Below are positions 40,063-53,631 of a stretch of DNA of 64,000 nucleotides, piece by piece. Both the position numbers and the translations under genes were made by a program. The notes beneath the pieces were generated by a model. It was not told the origin of the DNA, searched no databases, and was given only the letters and a program-made list of their open reading frames with translations. Every line of letters begins with the position of its first letter. Positions within the stretch are counted from its first letter, which is position 1. This DNA is from Eledone cirrhosa (lineage: Eukaryota), in contig OZ024752.1 in NCBI GenBank assembly GCA_964016885.1, positions 29,698,001 to 29,762,000 of the forward strand, written 5' to 3'.

Positions 40063-40613
40063 TATATTTGAGATGGCATAACTGTAACTAAGTTATATTT
40101 AGCAGAAAGTTTCAACCACTAACACATCTTTCTATACAATATCAAATCTTTGTTATATTTCGCAAGTATGTATTGAAGATGTAAATTTTATGTTGCTGGT
40201 GCCATTATGTTGCATAATATTTACAATAGTCACTATGTATAGCTGTCAGCACCAGGAATCATATCAACCAACATCCTACTAAATACAACTAAATTTTACT
40301 TCTGAATTGTTGACATGAAATAATCAGAAAATAAAATTGATATTGATAGCAATGAAACACATTTTGTTTTTCTTTTTAAGATAGTTTTCTATTTTTTTCT
40401 GCCTTAAACTTCTCTGCACTCGTGTACAACTATACAGTGTTGGCTTAGACATTATGGTAAAGAATGGCGACTACATTATTATGTAATAAACCTGTGTTCA
40501 CACATGAAATCACTTCTAGTTACTTTCACTAACGAATCATGAATACTTTTTTCACTTTCTGTGGTAACATGACAATATGTATACATATATATATTTGTTA
40601 CTCAATTTATGCT

Positions 40614-40710
<97 letters not shown>

Positions 40711-41439
40711 GCTGGGTTAGTTCAGATTTAGCTGTCAAAACAGCCAGAGCTTAGCCGTCAGGGTCCTGACTCTTTTCCTATATATATATATCACTGCATA
40801 AACTGAGTAGCAAATTTGAGTATAAACCTATTTAAATATAATACCATTATCAAAGTCAAATTGATTTTCTATAAAAAAAATACCAACAAAGAAACATGAT
40901 TATGTGATTTCCATAATATTGACTTTAAAGTAGAGACACTTTTACAGCCAGTATTGGTAAAGTTGAAAGGTCACTTTCAAATTTGTTTTTTTAAATTTCA
41001 TTTAGAATACATAAAAGTTTTCAGTATAACACCTTCAGTTGGTAATAATGCAAATATGATTCAATCAGGATTTTATTGATCAATTATGATAAAGCTGACA
41101 AAACATTATTTTAAAATACATTACAAGGCTTATACCAGCGATTGAAATAATGATAAAGAAAAATTAATGTGTATATAATAGACGTGTGTATTATATATGC
41201 ATGTATATATAATATACACATGATGTCATTGCCTCTAATTATGTATGAGTGAATATTACGCTCAAATATATATGACAATTTTCCAAAAAGAATGAAATCA
41301 TTAAGGTATAAAACTTACTATAGTCATCCAGTATTAGAGATCTTTGAGATTAATCCATAGAATAGAAAATATAATGGTTGATAACAGAATCTCATAAATA
41401 GCCATCTATATACTATATTCTACTGACTCCACTACTAAT

Positions 41440-41613
41440 AATTGTTTCTACTTTAGGCACAAGGCCAGCAATTACCCAGTGCATTACTGGTACTTTATTT
41501 TATCGACCCCGTAAGGATGAAAGGCAAAGTCAACCTCGGCGGGATTTGAACTCAGATCGTAAAGGGACGTAACTATGCTGGAAAGCATGGCGTCCGACCC
41601 TCTACCGATACTG
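41440..41613 (-). mobile_element. SINE family A
   Basis: Near-identical to the 27050 and 39687 copies. Confidence 0.9.
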
Positions 41614-41652
41614 CGAACATATGCTTTGCACAATTCCTACACATTCCTCATG

Positions 41653-43165
41653 CCCACCCACCCACACACATTATCTACCAGATTAACCCTCCCGCCCACC
41701 CACACACATTATCTACCAGATTAACCCTCCCACCCACCCACACACATAATCTACCAGATTAACCCTCCTGCCCACCCACACACATTATCTACCAGATTAA
41801 CCCTCCCACCCACACACATTATCTACCAGATTAACCCTCCCACCCACCCACACACATTATCTACCAGATTAACCCTCCCGCCCACCCACACACATTATCT
41901 ACCAGATTAACCCTCCCGCCCATCCACACACATAATCTACCAGATTAACCCTCCTGCCCACCCACACACATTATCTACCAGATTAACCCTCCCGCCAACC
42001 CACACACATTATCTACCAGATTAACCCTCCCGCCCACCCACACACATTATCTACCAGATTAACCCTCCCGCCCACCCACACACATTATCTACCAGATTAA
42101 CCCTCCCGCCCACTCACACACATTATCTACCAGATTAATCCTCCCGCCCACCCACACACATTATCTACCAGATTAATCCTCCCGCCCACCCACACACATT
42201 ATCTACCAGATTAACCCTCCCACCCACCCACACACATTATCTACCAGAATAACCCTCCCGCCCACCCACACACATTATCTACCAGATTAACCCTCCCACC
42301 CACCCACACACATTATCTACCAGATTAACCCTCCCGCCCACCCACAGACATTATCTACCAGATTAACCCTCCCGCCCACCCACACACATTATCTACCAGA
42401 TTAACCCTCCCGCCCACCCACACACATTATCTACTAGATTAACCCTCCCGCCCACTCACACACATTATCTACCAGATTAATCCTCCCGCCCACCCACACA
42501 CATTATCTACCAGATTAATCCTCCCGCCCACCCACACACATTATCTACCAGATTAACCCTCCCACCCACCCACACACATTATCTACCAGAATAACCCTCC
42601 CGCCCACCCACACACATTATCTACCAGATTAACCCTCCCGCCCACCCACACACATTATCTACCAGATTAACCCTCCCGCCCACCCACAGACATTATCTAC
42701 CAGATTAACCCTCCCGCCCACCCACAGACATTATCTACCAGATTAACCCTCCCGCCCACCCACACACATTATCTACCAGATTAACCCTCCTGCCCACCCA
42801 CACACATTATCTACCAGATTAACCCTCCCACCCACACACATTATCTACCAGATTAACCCTCCCACCCACCCACACACATTATCTACCAGATTAACCCTCC
42901 CGCCCACCCACACACATTATCTACCAGATTAACCCTCCCGCCCATCCACACACATAATCTACCAGATTAACCCTCCTGCCCACCCACACACATTATCTAC
43001 CAGATTAACCCTCCCGCCCACCCACAGACATTATCTACCAGATTAACCCTCCCGCCCACCCACACACATTATCTACCAGATTAACCCTCCCGCCCACCCA
43101 CACACATTATCTACCAGATTAACCCTCCCGCCCACCCACACACATTATCTACCAGATTAACCCTA
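41653..43165. repeat. 38-bp satellite, ~40 copies, G4-forming motif on the minus strand
   Basis: Unit CCCACCCACACACATTATCTACCAGATTAACCCTCCCG. Confidence 0.95.
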
Positions 43166-43214
43166 CAAATAAAGTTTAGAATAACTGATATAATTCTAAA
43201 TAACTTACATTTAG

Positions 43215-43326
43215 CAATATATTTACTTCTGCGTTCACATATTGATGTTTTTAGTTTCAGAAGATCCCATTAAGGGTGAAAGAATCGATTCTTTGCTTAA
43301 CCTTTAATCTGTTATTTTAATAAATA
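43215..43326 (+). mobile_element. Solo PLE pLTR fragment
   Basis: Similar to 31725-31832 (CTTCTGCGTT...TTTCAGAAGATCCC.TTAAGGGTGAAAG...CTTTAATCTGTTATTTTAATAAATA). Confidence 0.75.
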
Positions 43327-43799
43327 TATATATATATCATCATCATCATCATCTTCGTTTAACGTCCATCTTCCACACTAGCATGGGTTAGATGATATAT
43401 ATATATAATAAAAAAAATGGAGTTAAAAACTCGCGTTATCCCCTGTAATTTAATGAGCTCAAGGAATAGATACTGTGCTCTTCATAATACAATATATAGA
43501 GAAGAAAACACAAAGAGGCATATTTTCAATTAGAGGGGACAGAGAACCATTAAAGTGAAAAACATAAAGTCTACGAAAGGAGTGGAAAATACGTATTAAT
43601 TAAAAGAATAAATCAAAATGCACAGACCAACCTTTTATAACTATAAACATCTGGACAAACTCTAATAAGAGAATGTTTCACCATGAAAAGTGTAAATACC
43701 ATATCGGTTAGGGCTTACCAACAGGTATTAAGACAGCATGGTGCACACTTCTAAAATTACTTCAGAAAACTAAAAATAATGCACATGGTGTGTATGTTA

Positions 43800-44052
43800 C
43801 ATTGGTACCACAAAACATCCAGCCCACACTGTAAAGTGGTCATGTAAAAGACATGGTAAAAAGCACCAGCACACACTGTGAATGTGGTTGGCGCTAGGAA
43901 GGGCATACAATCATAGAAAACAAGCCAGAAACTGTTCTATATGAGCGAGACACGGTCACCCGACCCAACTTGCCTCTAAATGGGACAAACCCGTCTAACC
44001 CACGCTAGCATGGAAGATGGACGCTAAATGATGTGGATGATGATGATGATGA
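43800..44052 (+). mobile_element. RTE 3'UTR fragment
   Basis: GGAAGGGCAT...CCCGTCTAACCCACGCTAGCATGGAAGATGGACG...(GAT)n. Confidence 0.75.
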
Positions 44053-44771
44053 TATATATGTATGTGTTTTTTTCTCGAGAATGTCTTAATGTTTAATTTC
44101 TTTTGAACTAAGATAATTTATAATTTTAAGATTTTAAATCTCTGATAATTTTCACATAAATTTCAATTTAAACTTTACCTTATAATTGTTTGATTGATTT
44201 ATTAAAATTTATATAAATATGTTAATTGCATCGTGAAATTAAAAGTGTGTAGAGTGTAATGTATGTAATATATATATATATGTGGGGAGAACTGGGGAGT
44301 ACATTGGTCAGACAAGGCCGGCTGCAGAAAACCTTCAAATAGGAGTTTGTAATGTAAACATCAGGAAACTGACTGTAGTAATGGGAAGTGTTAAATTTGA
44401 TTGAATGAATACACACACATACACACGTGTATGTGTGTGTGTGTCTATGTATATGTGTGTGTGCATATGTGCGTGTGTGTATAAGTATGTGTATGTGTGT
44501 GTGAACATGTGTATGTGTACATATGTATGTATGCATGCGTGTGTATGTGTATATATATATGTGTGTATGTGTATATATGTATGTATGCATGCGTGTGTAT
44601 GTGTATATATATATGTGTGTGTATGTGTATATATGTATGCAAGTGTGCGTACGTGTACACAAGTATGTGTGTGTATGTAACTATGTACACATACCATTAC
44701 ATATATAACCATCACACCCTCCCCTATTCTGTATTCTCTGAGAAATGATTCATTCAAGAAAGACTGAGACA

Positions 44772-47700
44772 TTGATAGTGTTGCTGATAGTGATAATAGT
44801 GTTGATAGTGTTGTTGATAGTGTTGTAGGATAGTGTTGATAGTGTTGATAGTGTTGTAGGATAGTGTTGATAGTGTTGATAGTGTTGTAGGATAGTGTTG
44901 ATAGTGTTGATAGTGTTGATAGTGTTGTAGGATAGTGTTGCTGATAGTGTTGATAGTGTTGATAGTGTTGTAGGATAGTCTTGCTGATAGTGTTGATAGT
45001 GTTGATAGTGTTGTAGGATAGTGTTGCTGATAGTGTTGATAGTGTTGTAGGATAGTGTTGCTGATAGTGTTGATAGTGTTGTAGGATAGTGTTGCTAGTA
45101 GTGTTGATAGTGTTGTAGGATAGTGTTGCTGATAGTGTTGATAGTGTTGATAGTGTTGTAGGATAGTGTTGCTGATAGTGTTTATAGTGTTGTAGGATAG
45201 TGTTGCTGATAGTGTTGATAGTGTTGTAGGATAGTGTTGCTGATAGTGTTGATAGAGTTGATAGTGTTGTAGGATAGTGTTGCTGATAATGTTGATAGTG
45301 TTGATAGTGTTGTCGATAGTGTTGTAGGATAGTGTTGCTGATAGTGTTGATAGTGTTGTAGGATAGTGTTGCTGATAGTGATGATAGTGTTGATAGTATT
45401 GTTGATAGTGTTGATAGTGTTGATAGTGTTGTTGATAGTGTTGTAGGATAGTGTTGCTGATAGTGTTGATAGTTTTGTAGGATAGTGTTGCTGATAGTGA
45501 TGATAGTGTTGATAGTGTTGTTGATAGTGTTGATAGTGTTGTAGGATAGTGTTGCTGATGGTGTTGATAGTGTTGTAGGATAGTGTTGCTGATAGTGATG
45601 ATAGTGTTGATAGTGTTGTTGATAGTTTTGATAGTGTTGATAGTGTTGATAGTGTTGTAGGATAGTGTTGTTGATAGTGTTGATAGTGTTGATAGTGTTG
45701 TTGATAGTGTTGATAGTGTTGATAGTGTTGTTGATAGTGTTGATAGTGTTGATAGTGTTGATAGTGTTGTTGATAGTGTTGATAGTGTTGATAGTGTTGA
45801 TAGTGTTGTTGATAGTGTTGATAGTGTTGATAGTGTTGATAGTGTTGATAGTGTTGTTGATAGTGTTGATAGTGTTGATAGTGTTGATAGTGTTGTAGGA
45901 TAGTGTTGTTGATAGTGTTGATAGTATTGTTGATAGTGTTGTAGGATAGTGTTGCTGATAGTGTTGATAGTGTTGTAGGATAGTGTTGTTGATAGTGTTG
46001 ATAGTGTTGATAGTGTTGTAGGATAGTGTTGCTGATAGTGATGATAGTGTTGATAGTGTTGTTGATAGTTTTGATAGTGTTGATAGTGTTGATAGTGTTG
46101 TAGGATAGTGTTGCTGATAGTGTTGGTAGAGTTGATAGTGTTGTAGGATAGTGTTGCTGATAGTGTTGATAGTGTTGATAGTGTTGTAGGATAGTGTTGC
46201 TGATAGTGTTGATAGAGTTGATAGTGTTGTAGGATAGTGTTGCTGATAGTGTTGATAGAGTTGATAGTGTTGTAGGATAGTGTTGCTGATAGTGTTGATA
46301 GTGTTGATAGTGTTGTAGGATAGTGTTGCTGATAGTGTTGATAGAGTTGATAGTGTTGTAGGATAGTGTTGCTGATAGTGTTGATAGAGTTGATAGTGTT
46401 GTAGGATAGTGTTGCTGATAGTGTTGATAGTGTTGATAGTGTTGATAGTGTTGTAGGATAGTGTTGCTGATAGTGTTGATAGAGTTGATAGTGTTGATAG
46501 AGTTGATAGTGTTGTAGGATAATGTTGCTGATAGTGTTGCTGATAGTGTTGATAGTGTTGATAGTGTTGTAGGATAGTGTTGCTGATAGTGTTGATAGAG
46601 TTGATAGTGTTGTAGGATAGTGTTGCTGATAGTGTTGATAGTGTTGTAGGATAGTGTTGCTGATAGTGTTGATAGAGTTGATAGTGTTGTAGGATAGTGT
46701 TGCTGATAGTGTTGATAGTGTTGTAGGATAGTGTTGCTGATAGTGTTGCTGATAGTGTTGATAGTGTTGATAGTGTTGATAGTGTTGTAGGATAGTGTTG
46801 CTGATAGTGTTGATAGTGTTGATAGTGTTGTAGGATAGTGTTGCTGATAGTGTTGCTGATAGTGTTGATAGTGTTGATAGTGTTGATAGTGTTGTAGGAT
46901 AGTGTTGCTGATAGTGTTGAGAGAGTTGATAGTGTTGTAGGATAGTGTTGCTGATAGTGTTGATAGAGTTGATAGTGTTGTAGGATAGTGTTGCTGATAG
47001 TGTTGATAGTGTTGATAGTGTTGTAGGATAATGTTGCTGATAGTGTTGCTGATAGTGTTGATAGTGTTGATAGTGTTGTAGGATAGTGTTGCTGATAGTG
47101 TTGATAGAGTTGATAGTGTTGTAGGATAGTGTTGCTGATAGTGTTGATAGTGTTGATAGTGTTGTAGGATAGTGTTGCTGATAGTGTTGATAGAGTTGAT
47201 AGTGTTGCTGATAGTGTTGATAGTGTTGATAGTGTTGATAGTGTTGATAGTGTTGATAGTGTTGATAGTGTTGATAGTGTTGTAGGATAGTGTTGCTGAT
47301 AGTGTTGATAGAGTTGATAGTGTTGTAGGATAGTGTTGCTGATAGTGTTGATAGTGTTGATAGAGTTGTTGATAGTGTTGATAGTGTTGTAGGATAGTGT
47401 TGCTGATAGTGTTGATAGTGATGTTGCTAGTGTTGTTGATAGTGATGTTGATAGTGGTGTTGATAGTGTTGTTGATAGTGTTGTTGATAGTGTTTTGATA
47501 GTGTTGTTGATAGTGTTGTTGATAATGTCGTTGATAGTGATGTTGATAGTGATGTTGATAGTGTTGTTGATAGTGTTGTTGATAGTGCTGTTGATAGTGT
47601 TGTTGATAGTGTTGTTGATAGTGTTGTTGATAGTGCTGTTGATAGTGTTGTTGATAGTGTTGTTGATAGTGATGTTGATAGTGTTGTTGATAGTGCTCTT

Positions 47701-50256
47701 GATAGTGATGTTGATCGTGTTGTCGATAGTGTTGTCGATAGTGTTGTTGATAGTGCTGTTGATAGTGATGTTGATAGTGGTGTTGATAGTGTTGTTGATA
47801 GTGTTGTTGATAGTGTTGTTGATAGTGTTGTTGATAGTGATGTTGATAGTGTTGTTGATAGTGTTGTCGATAGTGTTGTTGATAGTGCTGTTGATAGTGA
47901 TGTTGATCGTGTTGTCGATAGTGTTGTTGATAGTGTTGTTGATAGTGTTGTTGATAGTGTTGTTGATAGTGTTGTTGATAGTGATATTGATAGTGCTGTT
48001 GATAGTGATGATAGTGGTGTTGATAGTGTTGTTGATAGTGTTGTTGATAGTGATGATAGTGGTGTCGATAGTGTTGTTGATAGTGTTGTTGATAGTGATG
48101 ATAGTTGTGTCGATAGTGTTGTTGATAGTGTTGTTGATAGTGTGGTTGATAGTGTTGTCGATAGTGTTGTTGATAGTGCTGTTGATAGTGTTGTTGATAG
48201 TGATGTTGATAGTGATGATAGTGTTGTTGATAGTGTTGTTGATAGTGTTGATGATAGTGTTGTCGATAGTGTTGTTGATAGTGATGTTGATAGTGATGTT
48301 GATAGTGTTGTTGATAGTGATGATGATAGTGATGTTGATAGTGTTGTTGATAGTGATGTTGATAGTGATGATAGTGTTGTTGATAGTGTTGTTGATAGTG
48401 ATGTTGATAGTGTTGTTGATAGTGTGGTTGATAGTGTTGTTGATAGTGTTGTTGATAATGTTGTTGATAGTGTTGTTGATAGTGTTGTTGATAGTGTTGT
48501 TGATAGTGTTGTTGATAGTGATGATAGTGTTGTTGATAGTGTTGATAGTGTTGTTGATAGTGTTGATAGTGTTGTTGATAGTGTTGTTGATAGTGCTGTT
48601 GATAGTGTTGTTGATAGTGATGATAGTGTTGTTGATAGTGTTGATAGTGTTGTTGATAGTGTTGTTGATAGTGCTGTTGATAGTGTTGTTGATAGTGATG
48701 ATAGTGTTGATAGTGTTGTTGATAGTGTTGTTGATAGTGTTGATAGTGTTGTTGATAGTGTTGTTGATAGTGCTGTTGATAGTGTTGTTGATAGTGTTGT
48801 TGATAGTGTTGTTGATAGTGATGTTGATAGTGTTGTTGATAGTGTGGTTGATAGTGTTGTTGATAGTGTTGTTGATAGTGTTGTTGATAGTGTGGTTGAT
48901 AGTGTTGTTGATAGTGCTGTTGATAGTGTTGTTGATAGTGATGATAGTGTTGTTGAAAGTGTTGTTGATAGTGCTGTTGATAGTGTTGTTGATAGTGTTG
49001 TTGATAGTGCTGTTGATAGTGTTGTTGATAGTGTTGTTGATAGTGTTGTTGATAGTGCTGTTGATAGTGTTGTTGATAGTGATGATAGTGTTGTTGATAG
49101 TGTTGATAGTGTTGTTGATAGTGTTGTTGATAGTGCTGTTGATAGTGTTGTTGATAGTGTTGTTGATAGTGCTGTTGATAGTGTTGTTGATAGTGTTGTT
49201 GATAGTGTTGTTGATAGTGCTATTGATAGTGTTGTTGATAGTGTTGTTGATAGTGCTGTTGATACTGTTGTTGATAGTGTTGTTGATAGTGTTGTTGATA
49301 GTGCTGTTGATAGTGTTGTTGATAGTGTTGTTGATAGTGATGATAGTTGTGTCGATAGTGTTGTTGATAGTGATGATAGTGGTGTCGATAGTGTTGTTGA
49401 TAGTGTTGTTGATAGTGTGGTTGATAGTGTTGTCGATAGTGTTGTTGATAGTGCTGTTGATAGTGTTGTTGATAGTGATGTTGATAGTGATGATAGTGTT
49501 GTTGATAGTGTTGTTGATAGTGTTGATGATAGTGTTGTCGATAGTGTTGTTGATAGTGATGTTGATAGTGATGTTGATAGTGTTGTTGATAGTGATGATG
49601 ATAGTGATGTTGATAGTGTTGTTGATAGTGACGTTGATAGTGATGATAGTGTTGTTGATAGTGTTGTTGATAGTGATGTTGATAGTGTTGTTCATAGTGT
49701 TGTTGATAGTGATGTTGATAGTGATGATAGTGTTGTTGATAGTGTTGTTGATAGTGCTGTTGATAGTGTTGTTGATAGTGTTGTTGATAGTGCTGTTTAT
49801 AGTGTTGTCAATAGTGTTGTTGATAGTGTTGTTGATAGTGTTGTTGATAGTGTTGTTGATAGTGCTGTTTATAGTGTTGTCAATAGTGTTGTTGATAGTG
49901 TTGTTGATAGTGTTGTTGATAGTTTTGTTGATAGTGTTGTTGATAGTGTTGTCGATAGTGTTGTTGATAGTGATGATAGTGTTGTTGATAGTGATGATAG
50001 TGTTGTTGATAGTGATGATGATATTGTTGTTGATAGTGATGTTGATAGTGTTGTTGATAGTGATGTTGATAATGTTGTTGATAGTGTGGTTGATAGTGTT
50101 GTTGATAGTGATGATAGTGTTGTTGATAGTGTTGATAGTGTTGTTGATAGTGTTGTTGATAGTGTTGTTGATAGTGTTGTTGATAGTGATGTTGATAGTG
50201 TTGTTGATAGTGATGTTGATAATGTTGTTGATAGTGTTGTTGATAGTGATGATGAT
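44772..50256. repeat. 5.5-kb simple satellite based on GATAGTGTT, with two domains
   Basis: 44772-~47410 mixes 9-mers with GTAG- and GCT-containing variants; ~47410-50256 is dominated by the 12-mer GATAGTGTTGTT. Confidence 0.95.
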
Positions 50257-50720
50257 CATCTCATGTAGTTTTCCTTTTGTGTTCTTCAGGCTGTCATGGA
50301 AACCTGAAGAAACCAGAATTTCATCTTCTGAGTCACAGACTACTTCAGCACTGAATAACCCTCACCCCCTTAGATTTAAGGAGTTCTTCATACTCTGTTA
50401 GCAATATTTATGACATTTGCAGTCACTAGCCTATGTACTTATATATCTCACTCTTACACACACATACACACTCACACACATATATAAGATTTGATATAGA
50501 CATGGTTTCTGCAGGACTAGACTTGTTTCATTCGAAATTAATCATCAGAAGTACCTTCCTTACTGTGGTAAACCCCGATTGAACCTGGGTCTCACGTAAA
50601 TATATATATATTTCCTGGGGGCTATGTTGAAAAATATCCCCCATTTGGTCATTCTATGATAGTATCTTGGTCAGCCTATTAACTTTTCAGCAGCCTACCC
50701 ATGTATATATATATATATAT

Positions 50721-50825
50721 ATAGAAGTGGTAACACAACAGTTAGTTCAGCATACTGAGAACAATTGTTTCACCTTAGCAATTGTTCTCGGTATGGTGAA
50801 CTAACTGTTGTGTTACCACTTCTAT
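50721..50825. repeat. 47-bp inverted repeat (2 mismatches, 11-nt loop) flanked by (TA)n
   Basis: ATAGAAGTGGTAACACAACAGTTAGTTCAGCATACTGAGAACAATTG vs reverse complement at 50779-50825. Confidence 0.9.
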
Positions 50826-50902
50826 ATATATACCTAATTCGTCCCATGGACTGAGTGCTCTACCACTACGGATATTACCTCCCAGTGTTCTACCTCTATA
50901 TA

Positions 50903-51253
50903 TCATCATCATCATCATCATCATTTCATTTTACGTCCACTTTTTCCCTGCTTGCAAGGGTGGGACGTGAACTGATTCTGGCTTGATTTCTACAGCTGGA
51001 TGCCCTTCCTAACACCAACCTCATTTACAGTGAGTGCTGGGTGCTTTTTTGCCGTGGCACCTCCACGACCACTTTACAGTGGAATGATATGGACCCCAGT
51101 CCCTATCATCTCATTTCTACAGCTGAGTGAACTGGAGCAATGTGAAATAAAGTGTCTTGCTCAAGGAAACAACACATCACCCGGTCTGAGAATTGAACTC
51201 ACAACCTTTCGATTGCAAGGCCAATGCTCTAACCACTAAGCCATGTGCCTCCA
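50903..51253 (-). mobile_element. SINE family B
   Basis: Full reverse-complement copy with (CAT)n. Confidence 0.9.
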
Positions 51254-51354
51254 TCATTATATATATATATATCCACCTACCCCCCACTCTCCTGAGCGTG
51301 AATCTAATAAACATTTGTCGTACTGCCTCTCTGTTCTGTCCCTGTTCAATTTTT

Positions 51355-51399
<45 letters not shown>

Positions 51400-52255
51400 C
51401 CCTTTTCAAAGACCCTCATGTATAGATAAGAAATGTATAACCTGTAAAATAAGCCCCCATATTAACTGTAAAACTAGAAATGTAGTGTATAGCATAAGAT
51501 GTACTGAAGGACAATGTAGAGACAAAAATATAGTGTACATAGGTGAGACAGCTCGTAGTGTAGGGGAACGGATAAATGAACACTGGCGAGACCTTCAAGA
51601 TAATAAAGAATCATCTGTACTCTACCAACATGCTAAGATAGAACACAAGGGTAAATTAGAGAACATAGAAATAAAAATAGAATCTACACACAGAAAAGAC
51701 TCAATGTTTAGACAAATTACAGAGGCAATAAACATAAAAGAATTACAACCAAAATTAAATAGAAAATATGAGTGGAACAGCAACATCACAACTTACAATT
51801 AAGGACAAAATGAAAACACACACACACATAGAACAAACAACCAACCAGTAACATGTAAATAAACAAATAAATAAATGAACATAAACACACACAGACACCC
51901 AGATGTGGCGCATGCGCAGACTGAGCACACAACACACACACAGAAACAAAATGGCGTAGGACAGAACAAAGGAGAGGCACAGAAACAAAGAAAGGAATCC
52001 CCAGTCACTGAAGAGGTCACAGAGTGTGTGACGAAAGAACTATGACTATATATAAACAACTATCTGGTTGTGGAACCAACCAACCAACCAGAAATTTATA
52101 AATTTATAAATTCATAAATATATAATAAATTGAAGTGAAAGCAACTGGTGCGTGTGTTTCTTATTGGCAACATGACCCTCCCAAAGTATAACAATATCGG
52201 TTTCAACACACGATTTCAGATAAAGAATCTTGCTAAACAAATTCAGAAACGAAAT
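51400..52255 (+). mobile_element. Penelope-like element 3' remnant (Neptune-like GIY-YIG, ORF ends 51802) + pLTR
   Basis: CITCKISPHINCKTRNVVYSIRC...YIGETARSVGERINEH...LYQHAKIEH...RQITEA..I....PKLN. Confidence 0.88.
52003..52047 (+). ncRNA. Minimal type I hammerhead ribozyme in a PLE pLTR
   Basis: Stem I AGTCA/TGACT; CTGAAGA(G); stem II GTCACA-gagtg-TGTGAC; GAAA GAAC TA. Confidence 0.8.
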
Positions 52256-52405
52256 ATATTTATATATATATATATATCAAAATGGAGGTGGTAAAAACCA
52301 GTTAGATACTTGGGGTAGTAGAGTGGGTAATATGAAAAAATTGGGGACACCGATGGCTGAACTGTTGAAACTGCTGGTGTTCCGCTGCCGGGGTCCTGAA
52401 TTTTT

Positions 52406-52456
<51 letters not shown>

Positions 52457-52743
52457 CATTAATTAAATTATAGACGATGCTGTTGGAAAATCTAAGTATT
52501 TAGCATAGCTGTTTCTTAATTAACCAGCCGCAAATCCTAACATTAATCACTTCCCAATATTAATTATATTAAGTATTTTACAAACTGATTATTAGCAACA
52601 TCAAAATTATTGCTCTCATTAGTAATTTAATGTTCATAAATTTTTCATGCTTGCATGAATTAAGCTGAGTCAGTATGGCAACTCCCTTCTAGTTTATTGC
52701 TTTTAGTTTGTAGGGACCCTCATAAAACCAATTGATGTTTTAG

Positions 52744-52903
52744 TCAACCCTTTCGTTACCATATTTCTAATGTCTGTGTTTAAAATAATTTAGAAAATAA
52801 TCAAAAATTTAAAAGGTTTAGTATTTATTATAATTAACTAAACCATTATTAAGCTGGTGTTTGATGGAAAGGTTTTTAGGTGATATGTTATCAAAAGGGT
52901 TAA
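52744..52903. mobile_element. piggyBac-type MITE (second family), degenerate
   Basis: TCAACCCTTTCGTTACCATAT ... ATATGTTATCAAAAGGGTTAA. Confidence 0.65.
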
Positions 52904-53474
52904 TAATTTTTCACCAGTTTGTTGATCCAATGAAGAAGTATTATCTGCTAGACACAAGTAATATAAACATGAACTCTAAGCTCTCCTTTTCTCTTCTGAC
53001 AGACAGCAGCCAGAGCAAGCTATTTCTTTCTATCTTCAAGCAGAAACCAGCAAGGGCAGTAACTGTTGGAATCTACAGTTGTTTCACATAGATTTCAAAC
53101 AAGACATGTTTTAGTTGAATAAGACATCAATTTGTCATATCTTTATTCTGCCAGATTACAAACCACAAACCACATATATTGATTTTCTTTTATCTCAACA
53201 ATAGTTACCATCTCTACTACATGTGTGACACAAAAGAACTTTATTTCAAGAATATTCGCATAATTCCACTTTTATAAATACTTTTAAACTAGTCTTGTTT
53301 CTATGAATGTTCTAACTGAAAATTGTCACTTTTCTTTCATGAATTATTGTACGATAAAAACCTGAAATTATGAGCTTTTAGTAGTGAATGTGTGCTGCTG
53401 AACCAAATTGGCTTACTTTATCCCTAAAGCTTGTAGAAGTCTACTTTTTTGATGAGAGTCAGAAAATAAATAAT

Positions 53475-53631
53475 AATTGTTTCTACTTTTGGCACAAGGC
53501 CAGCAATTATTTTATCGACCCCGTAAGGATGAAAGGCAAGGTTAACCTCGGCGGGATTTGAACTCAGATCATAAAGGGCCGTAACTCTTTGCTGCAAAGC
53601 ATAGCATGCGACCCTCTGCCGATACTGCCAA
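53475..53631 (-). mobile_element. SINE family A (internal deletion)
   Basis: Reverse-complement core and head. Confidence 0.85.

Noticed and set aside
41653-43165. Interstitial telomere
   Set aside because: Only one TAACCC per 38-bp unit, not tandem (TTAGGG)n
44335-50401. 1974-aa, 968-aa and 708-aa ORFs
   Set aside because: Open on both strands because of the GATAGTGTT satellite composition; the minus ORF drifts among all three repeat frames, unlike a real protein
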